Of a DNA stretch of 32,000 nt, positions 7,524 to 14,355 are shown piece after piece. The stretch comes from Ruminococcus albus 7 = DSM 20455 (lineage in GTDB: Bacteria; Bacillota; Clostridia; Oscillospirales; Ruminococcaceae): NCBI RefSeq assembly GCF_000179635.2, contig NC_014833.1, positions 360,001 to 392,000 of the forward strand, read 5' to 3'. Positions within the stretch are counted from its first letter, which is position 1; the number at the start of each line of letters is the position of its first letter. The translations under genes were made by a program, and so were the position numbers. Under the pieces are notes generated by a model. It was not told the DNA's origin. It searched no databases and was given only the letters and a program-made list of their open reading frames with translations.

Positions 7524-8699
7524 TCAAACAACAGGCTGATATGGCGAATGAGACTTTTCAAGAGCAAAAATGAGTCTGACGAGTTTCTTGACAGCGTGAG
7601 ATAATGCAACATTGTAATGCTTGCCCTCGGCTCGCTTCTTGGCGAGATAATCTTTGAATGTCTTGTCCCAGGTGCAGACGAATTTGGCAGCGTTGTAGAG
7701 AGCATAGCGAAGATACTTTGAGCCGCGCTTTTCCATCTTGGCATAACAATTCGTCAGCTGTCCCGATTGGTATGTAGAGGGCGACATTCCCGCAAATGCA
7801 AGTACTTTGTCGGGTGTTGCGAAGTTTGAAAAGTCACCGACCTCTGCGAGGATCATAGCGACAGTTGAATAGCTGAGACCGGGAACGGTCAGAAGTGTAG
7901 TGTCGGTTGCATCGACCAGCTTCTTTATCTCGGTTTCTATCTCATCTATCTGCTCGGTCAGGTCAGCAATGAGCTTTATGGTGTGCCTGAGTTCCAGCGA
8001 CTTTGCAGGCATTACAGAGCCGACAGAGCGTCTTGCGGCACCTCTGATCTGAATAGCTTTGTCCTTGCCGTAGTGACCTTTGGAAGTCTCTGAAAGCAGA
8101 TTGGCAAGCCTTGTAAGGTGAGCATTTGCGATATGCTGCGCTGAAGGAAACTCGCTCAAAAGAGTATAGACAGACTTCATGTGCAGCGAAGGCACGAGCG
8201 CTTCAAGTTCGGGAAAGAGAATAGTCACAAGCCTTGATACGGAGGTCTTGAGCTTTGCACGCTCGGAAACCTTGTCAAATCTGTATCTGGTCATTGACTT
8301 TAGCTCTTCGCTCTGATATAATGTATTTGTGTAGGGCTTTAGGTCTACGCAAGACATTAGCATAGAAGCAATCACGCGCGCATCTGCCTTGTCTGTCTTC
8401 GTTTTACGAAGTGTAAGGCTTTTTCGGTAAAGATTAGTGTGCAAAGGGTTCAGAACGTAGGTTGGCAGGCCGTTGTTCAACAGAAATCCCAACAGATTGT
8501 AGCTGTAATGTCCCGTAGCCTCGAGTCCTACTTTTATTATGTCAAAATTTTCGGTAACGGACTTGATGTTATCAAGCAGGATATTAAAGCCGTCAAGAGT
8601 GTTTGGGATAGTGAACACATCAAAGAGTACTGTACCTTCAGAATCAACAATAAAGCAGTCATGCTTGTCCTTTGCCACATCAATACCAACAACGATCAT
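7524..8699 (-). CDS. IS110-family transposase/recombinase (DEDD RuvC-like N-domain plus Tnp C-domain)
   Basis: 391 aa. The N-terminus MIVVGIDVAKDKHDCFIVDSEG and the C-terminal LLTVPGLSYSTVAMILAEVGDFSNFATPDKVLAFAGMSPSTYQSGQ are hallmark IS110/IS116/IS902 motifs. The ORF is full length and uninterrupted. Confidence 0.95.
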   Translation of the reverse strand: MIVVGIDVAKDKHDCFIVDSEGTVLFDVFTIPNTLDGFNILLDNIKSVTENFDIIKVGLEATGHYSYNLLGFLLNNGLPTYVLNPLHTNLYRKSLTLRKTKTDKADARVIASMLMSCVDLKPYTNTLYQSEELKSMTRYRFDKVSERAKLKTSVSRLVTILFPELEALVPSLHMKSVYTLLSEFPSAQHIANAHLTRLANLLSETSKGHYGKDKAIQIRGAARRSVGSVMPAKSLELRHTIKLIADLTEQIDEIETEIKKLVDATDTTLLTVPGLSYSTVAMILAEVGDFSNFATPDKVLAFAGMSPSTYQSGQLTNCYAKMEKRGSKYLRYALYNAAKFVCTWDKTFKDYLAKKRAEGKHYNVALSHAVKKLVRLIFALEKSHSPYQPVV

Positions 8700-8885
8700 A
8701 ATGATACCTCCAAAAATTATTGATGCTGTTTAGATCCACAGAGACTCTACGCTAATGTAACCTCGTTCTAAATAAACCGTCGGGCGGTATCTAACTGATC
8801 AACAAATTGCATAGAGACTGCGGTCGGAGCCTTTCGTAAACCGTCATACGGTAGGAAGATCAAACCAATCCACAGCATCTAAACA
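8700..8885 (-). ncRNA. Candidate IS110 bridge RNA / structured left-end non-coding region
   Basis: ~190-nt non-coding segment immediately upstream of the recombinase. It holds two stem-loops with identical stems (AAACCGTC-ggg-CGGTA at 8774-8789; AAACCGTC-ata-CGGTA at 8838-8853). It also has repeated ATCCACAG (8734-8741, 8868-8875) and complementary TGTTTAGAT/ATCTAAACA (8727-8735 / 8877-8885). The ncRNA assignment rests on published IS110 biology, not on a covariance model. Confidence 0.4.
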
Positions 8886-8953
8886 ATATTATACCATAGT
8901 TCTTGGAGAGGAACTCTAAAAACTACTACTTTTATTATACGAGGAAGATAACG

Positions 8954-9835
8954 ATGGAAGAAACAATGATACAGGAAAAAGGCAGTACACCTGTAACCGC
9001 AGGTGCTGTATTCAGGACCGCAGGCATAGTGATCGGTTCGGCGGCAAGCTTTTTGGTATCCTCTCTGATAGGCGGCATAATATGTCAAAAAGCAGGAATA
9101 TCGGGGTATGCGGCACAGTTCACAACAGGTCTGGTGTCGTTGGCGTTTTATATAGTCATACTTATATTGCTGAAGAAGAAATGTGTGCTCACCACAAAGG
9201 GCAACGGCTTTTTCGGCGGACTGCTTACAGGGCTTTTTATGGTATATTCCAGCGTTGTGGCGCTGGCGAGCGAGCTGTTCGTATCGACTGAGGGCAAAAC
9301 GGCAAAGATAGTAATGCCTTCGGAGCTGCATTTCGGGTCTGAACAGGTGTGGTGCATACTGGCTCTGTTTGTAGCCGCAGGTATCTGCGAGGAACTGCTT
9401 TTCAGAGGCATTATATTCAATGTCTTACGTGATCTTTTCGGCAGGAGCACCGTAAAAGGCACTGTCACAGCAGTGTTCGTTTCGGGCATCCTTTTCGGTC
9501 TTTATCATTTTCTTAACCTGACCGCAGGCATAGGTCTTGATGCTGTACTTCCACAGGTAGTGTCCACCGCAGGACTCGGAATATTCCTCTGTGCGGTATA
9601 TGCAAGGTGGGGAAATATATGGATAACGGTCTTCCTTCACGCACTTATGGATATATGCGTGGTACTTCCCGGAAGTATGAAGAACAATGAAAATATAGTC
9701 GAATCCATAAGCAGCAATATGTCTGACCCAAGAAAGTACATAGGTTTCTTTATCTATGCCGCACTTGCCATATACCTGCTGAGAAAAGACAAAAGACCGC
9801 AGATGTTCACATACAGCGTCAGCGATGACCAATAA
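8954..9835 (+). CDS. CPBP-family intramembrane glutamic endopeptidase (CAAX protease/Abi family)
   Basis: Polytopic ORF with the three family motifs EELLFRG (ICEELLFRGIIFN), F-x3-H (GLYHFLN) and H-x3-D (FLHALMD). The likely start is ATG 8954, after gaggaag; the track ORF opens at 8903. Confidence 0.88.
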   Translation: MEETMIQEKGSTPVTAGAVFRTAGIVIGSAASFLVSSLIGGIICQKAGISGYAAQFTTGLVSLAFYIVILILLKKKCVLTTKGNGFFGGLLTGLFMVYSSVVALASELFVSTEGKTAKIVMPSELHFGSEQVWCILALFVAAGICEELLFRGIIFNVLRDLFGRSTVKGTVTAVFVSGILFGLYHFLNLTAGIGLDAVLPQVVSTAGLGIFLCAVYARWGNIWITVFLHALMDICVVLPGSMKNNENIVESISSNMSDPRKYIGFFIYAALAIYLLRKDKRPQMFTYSVSDDQ

Positions 9836-9998
9836 TTTAAACGTCGATGATCCGTCTCAAATGCTACGGATATGCAATTAAAACAATCATAAACGGTATA
9901 AGGCGCATGGCAGAGTCTGCGCTTGAAAGACCGAAGATCACAGATTTATCGCGGAAGAATACGATCGATATAAACCGCGCAAAACAGGAGGAGCTATT

Positions 9999-10841
9999 AT
10001 GCGAGAGATCAATGTCAATGAAGTAGAAGACCTTATAAGAGAACTTTGTATCAAGGCGAACCTTTATCTGCCCGAGGATATGGAGCAGTGCATAAAGGCA
10101 GGTGCTGAAAAGGAATGTTCACCCGTGGGCAAAAACGTGTTTGATGATATCATAGACAATATCAATGTTGCCCGCAATGAGACCATACCGATATGCCAGG
10201 ATACAGGCATGGCTGTAATATTCATGGAGGTAGGTCAGGACGTTCACTTCGTGGGCGGCTCACTTAACGATGCCATAAACAAAGGCGTATCCCGCGGCTA
10301 TATCGACGGCAGACTTCGCTGTTCGATAGTCAGTGACCCTCTTGACAGAGTAAATACAGGCGACAACACACCACCCGTGGTACACCTTAAAATAGTTGAC
10401 GGCGATAAGGTCAATATCATGGTAGCCCCCAAGGGATTCGGCAGTGAGAATATGTCACAGCTGAAGATGATGACACCTTCCGTAACCCGTGAGGAGATAG
10501 TTGACTGGGTAGTTGGCGTATGCGCGAAAGCAGGTTCAAACCCATGTCCCCCGATAGTTATAGGCGTAGGCATTGGCGGCGATTTCGAGAAGTGCGCTTA
10601 TCTTGCCAAGAAAGCCCTTTGCAGACCTGTCAGCGAGAGAAACCCGAAGAAGCTGTATGCTGATCTTGAAGCTGAGATACTGGAGAAGATCAATAAGCTT
10701 GGTATAGGACCCCAGGGCTTTGGCGGCACTCAGACCTGCCTCGCAGTAAATATCGAGGAAGCCCCCACCCATATCGCAGGACTTCCCGTATCGGTAAATG
10801 TGGGCTGTCACGTAACAAGACACGCACACGGCACTATATAA
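9999..10841 (+). CDS. Class-I (Fe-S) fumarate hydratase / tartrate dehydratase, alpha (N-terminal) subunit
   Basis: 280-aa ORF with the typical alpha-subunit pattern (IPICQDTGMAVIFMEVGQDV; PPVVHLKIVDGDKV; MVAPKGFGSENMS; GGTQTCLAVNIE...HIAGLPVSVNVGCH). RBS aggagg upstream. Confidence 0.88.
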   Translation: MREINVNEVEDLIRELCIKANLYLPEDMEQCIKAGAEKECSPVGKNVFDDIIDNINVARNETIPICQDTGMAVIFMEVGQDVHFVGGSLNDAINKGVSRGYIDGRLRCSIVSDPLDRVNTGDNTPPVVHLKIVDGDKVNIMVAPKGFGSENMSQLKMMTPSVTREEIVDWVVGVCAKAGSNPCPPIVIGVGIGGDFEKCAYLAKKALCRPVSERNPKKLYADLEAEILEKINKLGIGPQGFGGTQTCLAVNIEEAPTHIAGLPVSVNVGCHVTRHAHGTI

Positions 10842-10871
10842 TGACATAAACTGGAAAATCAAGCGGCCTTC

Positions 10872-10906
10872 AGCAGCCTCACCATAGGTGTGAGGCTGCT
10901 TTTTTG
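10872..10906 (+). terminator. Rho-independent terminator after the fumarate hydratase alpha gene
   Basis: AGCAGCCTCAC-cataggt-GTGAGGCTGCT followed by TTTTT. Confidence 0.85.
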
Positions 10907-10968
10907 CCTTATATAGGCACTCCTGATTGTTAATTATTGTAAATTTATTTGTGAATATTTTTCATTGG

Positions 10969-11010
10969 ATACAAAAACAAGACACACACATTGTATATGC
11001 ATACAAAAAC
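10969..11010. repeat. Direct repeat ATACAAAAAC x2 (10969-10978 and 11001-11010) upstream of the giant-operon promoter
   Basis: Exact 10-mers, 32 nt start to start, in a very AT-rich leader 33 nt upstream of the -35. Confidence 0.6.
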
Positions 11011-11042
11011 TAAGTTAATTATTTTTCTTAAATGGTCTAATG

Positions 11043-11071
11043 TTGACAACGGCGCATGACAGTGATATAAT
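11043..11071 (+). promoter_or_regulatory. Consensus extended -10 sigma-A promoter (TTGACA-17-TGaTATAAT) of the giant-protein operon
   Basis: ttgaca 11043-11048, an exact 17-nt spacer, TG at 11063-11064, tataat 11066-11071. It lies about 75 nt upstream of the first start codon. Confidence 0.7.
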
Positions 11072-11147
11072 TATAGTAGATAAGTATCTATGCGTATAGA
11101 GATAATAAAAACACACCCGTTTTCATGGGATACAGGAGGTGAAGCAG

Positions 11148-12305
11148 ATGAATGGTACAAATATGAAATATCCAATAGGCGAATTGGCTGAGTCTGCTTC
11201 TGCAGCTGTCCTGACGGCAGATGACCAGCGTTCTGAGAAAAAACAAGAACGCAACAGATCGATTATAAAGCTGTGTGCCATTGGCACGCTGATACTGATA
11301 GTGATCATCTTTTCTTCTATCGCGTGGTTTACTATGAATAGGGAAGTGGGGACCTCAGGGATGGGGGTGAAGGTGGCTCCTGCTCCGTTTGAACTTGAGG
11401 TCCGTGGCACAGACATTGAAAACGAAGACGATTTTTCAAAAGCTGATGATGAATATGATGATGGCGTGGATTTGGAAGAGCTAGATGCATATCAGACTGC
11501 CGGACAATATGGCAAGATAATCTGGAGAAAAACAGGCACCTCAGCTGACGATGGTCACTATCCTGATGGTTTATCACCTAATTCGCATGGCAAACTCACA
11601 TTTTGGGTTGTTCCAAACAGCACAGGGACACTTGATATAGAATTCAAATTCAAGGTCAGATGTTTTATCGGAACATATACTCCTGCAGCAACAGAAGATG
11701 CAGACCCTTCTTTAAATAATCTGTTTGAAGTAAACGAGAGCATGGAGGTTACAGCGGAAAACGGATTGAAAGATGCGGCAGATCTTGCTAAGAAAAAAGA
11801 TGCATTAAAATATATACAAAGCCACATCTTATTCTTCTCTGATTTTGACGGCACAAACTATTCGGGTTTTCTTGGAACAGGTCGGTCGATTAGATTCGGT
11901 GACTGTATAAATCCTTCAGCAGAGCCAAAAGCAAAGTATAATGCAGGAAATGCTGTGACTGTCACAGAGGGACAAAAATATCAGGTGACTATCTATTGGA
12001 AGTGGGCAAATACACTTGAGCAGATGATATTTGACAGCAATTCCCAATATAGAGACGATCCTTTGTTTGCAACATCAAACACAACGGATCGAAATGCAAT
12101 ATACACATATTTGAAAGACACCACTAATAACTCGGCTTTTTCCGGGGCATCAGACATTGAATCGCTTTTGACAACAATTCAAGGTGGAACAGATATTTCC
12201 ACAGCACTTGCAACGCTTACGACCGCATATGATAATGCCGATCAGATAATAGGTAATAATCTGGATTACATTTTGATTGAGATGATTGCAGAAACTGCAT
12301 CATAA
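11148..12305 (+). CDS. Secreted or anchored protein 1 of the giant-protein operon: N-terminal helix ending S-I-A|W-F, TasA/camelysin-like beta-rich body (hypothetical)
   Basis: The ORF opens at GTG 11139, but ATG 11148 lies 8 nt after AGGAGG (11134-11139). A ~40-aa polar N-tail is followed by the TM LCAIGTLILIVIIFSSIAWF. Later GLSPNSHGKLTFWVVPNSTGTLDIEFKF and YQVTIYWKW strands resemble TasA-family beta-sandwich signatures. Confidence 0.75.
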   Translation: MNGTNMKYPIGELAESASAAVLTADDQRSEKKQERNRSIIKLCAIGTLILIVIIFSSIAWFTMNREVGTSGMGVKVAPAPFELEVRGTDIENEDDFSKADDEYDDGVDLEELDAYQTAGQYGKIIWRKTGTSADDGHYPDGLSPNSHGKLTFWVVPNSTGTLDIEFKFKVRCFIGTYTPAATEDADPSLNNLFEVNESMEVTAENGLKDAADLAKKKDALKYIQSHILFFSDFDGTNYSGFLGTGRSIRFGDCINPSAEPKAKYNAGNAVTVTEGQKYQVTIYWKWANTLEQMIFDSNSQYRDDPLFATSNTTDRNAIYTYLKDTTNNSAFSGASDIESLLTTIQGGTDISTALATLTTAYDNADQIIGNNLDYILIEMIAETAS

Positions 12306-12328
12306 TCATTAAAGGAGGAGGTGCTATT

Positions 12329-13180
12329 ATGAGCAAGGTTTTTAACAAGATAAAAAACTTGAAACTCAAAGAGAAAATACAGCTTATTATGGCACTTCTT
12401 TTAACGTTAGCAATAATAGTGTCAATTCCGGTATACGCATGGTTTAATCATCAAAGACAAATTGCAGAGCTTCAAAGGATTAAAACACCGGACTTGTTAT
12501 ATATCAGCGCTGCATATGCTGAAGATGTAAAGTACTTTCAAATACCGTCCATAGATGTCGCTGATGAAAATAACACTAAGCATCGGCAGGTGTTTCCTTT
12601 TGCTGTAGCAGGTGAATATGTTCCTGAGTTTACTCTTCAGCTTGCTCACACAACAAACATTCCATTCACATATAAAATATACGAGGCGGAATACTATGAT
12701 ACCGAGTCTGCCGCTAGAACAGCGATAAATACTAAAAATCAGAGTATTGCTGAGGAAGCTGATAAACTCTCATATGAATATGATGCAGTAAAGTACGATG
12801 TTAAAGCAAAATGGACGATGCTGGATGAGTACACATTATCTCAGCGAACATTAAACGCAGGTGATACTCTCTATTTGGTTAAAGGGAATCAGGTTTCCGG
12901 AAGCTATTTGAACAGTACAACTTCAGGAAACCGATTAATTGCAAGCAATAAATACCATCCGGAAACATATAAGGATGGGGACAGTACTTATGGTCAGGTA
13001 CAAACATATGCTGAGCCGCTGTATTGGCAAAGCAGAAAAATATCAAGCGTCCCGAATCCTTCTGGATGGGGAGGAAATCCATTTTTCAAAACTTTTGTCA
13101 TAGAAATATCCTGGGATCCGTCTGAGGTGCAGAATGATAAAGAGACGGATATGATTTATATTTCCGCTTACAGGGAATAG
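12329..13180 (+). CDS. Secreted or anchored protein 2 of the giant-protein operon: signal-like helix ending V-Y-A|W-F (hypothetical)
   Basis: RBS aaaggaggagg lies 6-8 nt before the ATG at 12329. N-terminus is MSKVFNKIKNLKLKEKIQLIMALLLTLAIIVSIPVYAWFNHQ. 23-nt gap from the upstream gene. Confidence 0.75.
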   Translation: MSKVFNKIKNLKLKEKIQLIMALLLTLAIIVSIPVYAWFNHQRQIAELQRIKTPDLLYISAAYAEDVKYFQIPSIDVADENNTKHRQVFPFAVAGEYVPEFTLQLAHTTNIPFTYKIYEAEYYDTESAARTAINTKNQSIAEEADKLSYEYDAVKYDVKAKWTMLDEYTLSQRTLNAGDTLYLVKGNQVSGSYLNSTTSGNRLIASNKYHPETYKDGDSTYGQVQTYAEPLYWQSRKISSVPNPSGWGGNPFFKTFVIEISWDPSEVQNDKETDMIYISAYRE

Positions 13181-13219
13181 GCACTATTATCAATAATCAA
13201 AGAAAGGAGCAATGGCGCT

Positions 13220-14317
13220 GTGAAAAAGTCAATCCGGGCTAAGAAGTTTATAAAAAAACACTTAATCACAATATGGTTAGTTATAGCTGCTATTGCTTTC
13301 TGTGGGATTCTCGCTTATGCAAAGTTTAGTGATGGACAGAACTATACCAAGAGGGTTGTTTCAACAGGAACTAATGATAAGGTTTTATTTACTTCGAATT
13401 TGCTCAATACTTCAAATTCCGGACATCCGAAGTCTGTAACAAAAGGTTTTGCTGCTGATAGCTACTATGATATAAATATTTATAATTATGATAAGAATAA
13501 GGTATCAGCGTATTATCCTGGTACAATTAATTATACCTTAAGTGCTATGCTTGTTAAGCCTGATGCTAGTAGTACAGTCTATGATACTACAGTCACGGCA
13601 GACCTTAATGCATTAAAAGATGTTTTGATTGAAACACACGTCGATAATACAGACCCTGATAATCCGGTTACTACATATACTTATCACAAGATATACATAT
13701 ATCGACTGATTGACGGAACACCGGAAGATACGCCCATCGTAACGCTTGGCGCAATAGATCAAGATACAATGACCGCATCGTATGATTTAACGGGAGAACA
13801 GCTGGTGCCGGGAACATCTGGAAGTGCGGTTGAAAGCTACAGGGTGATTTTGCCTAAAGAAGTTATTGATTCAGATGTTCGAGTTAAGATCACAGCTCAA
13901 CCGAACGGACACAGTGATCTTCCTTCATCGATAGGCGGAGTGTTTTATATTCAGTCTCAGAACATAGTTATTACAACAGGATGGAAAGGCGAATTTGTTG
14001 ATAGCCGAACAAAAGCCCCGAGCGAATATGATGCATTTAATTATAGAATATCCGGAGCAGGAACGGCTAATAAGGTACTGAAGTGGAATAGTACTTATCT
14101 TCAGCCCAATAAGCAGGAGATAGCCGACCTTTTCGGTGACGGCTCGTTCTCAGCATCAACAAATCAAGAAACACACAGTTTTCCTTTAAAACCTGATGTT
14201 TATACTTATGATATCCAGTTTTATGTTAAGGATGCTGCAGCTAGAGAATATATCGATGGTTTGACATGGGAACAGCTGATAGCAGCTAATCTTGTCACCT
14301 TGGAAGATCCGCAATGA
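13220..14317 (+). CDS. Secreted or anchored protein 3 of the giant-protein operon: signal-like helix ending A-Y-A|K-F-S-D (SipW-class-like) (hypothetical)
   Basis: GTG start at 13220, 10 nt after aaaggag. N-terminus is MKKSIRAKKFIKKHLITIWLVIAAIAFCGILAYAKFSDGQ. 39-nt gap from the upstream gene. Confidence 0.72.
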   Translation: MKKSIRAKKFIKKHLITIWLVIAAIAFCGILAYAKFSDGQNYTKRVVSTGTNDKVLFTSNLLNTSNSGHPKSVTKGFAADSYYDINIYNYDKNKVSAYYPGTINYTLSAMLVKPDASSTVYDTTVTADLNALKDVLIETHVDNTDPDNPVTTYTYHKIYIYRLIDGTPEDTPIVTLGAIDQDTMTASYDLTGEQLVPGTSGSAVESYRVILPKEVIDSDVRVKITAQPNGHSDLPSSIGGVFYIQSQNIVITTGWKGEFVDSRTKAPSEYDAFNYRISGAGTANKVLKWNSTYLQPNKQEIADLFGDGSFSASTNQETHSFPLKPDVYTYDIQFYVKDAAAREYIDGLTWEQLIAANLVTLEDPQ

Positions 14318-14355
14318 TTTTCGGATTGCTTTGTTGGTAAAATGGAGTGATATAA

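Larger units (their letters stand above)
7470..8890 (-). mobile_element. IS110-family insertion sequence (boundaries approximate)
   Basis: An intact DEDD-type transposase gene has a short (~55 nt) downstream end and a long (~190 nt) upstream non-coding end. It is wedged between the stop of the XRE gene (7467) and the promoter region of the CPBP gene. No terminal inverted repeats were found, as expected for IS110. Confidence 0.8.

Noticed and set aside
7499-8733. ORFs 7499-7744 and 7558-7749 (minus) and 8439-8723 and 8539-8733 (plus).
   Set aside because: They overlap the intact IS110 transposase gene in other frames or on the other strand, and have no independent support.
8879-11854. ORFs 8879-9331, 9082-9291, 9148-9489, 9425-9832, 10298-10573, 10536-10862, 11123-11416, 11332-11577, 11558-11854 and 12879-13082.
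   Set aside because: They are shadow frames of the CPBP, fumarate hydratase and operon genes 1-2, with no RBS or motifs.
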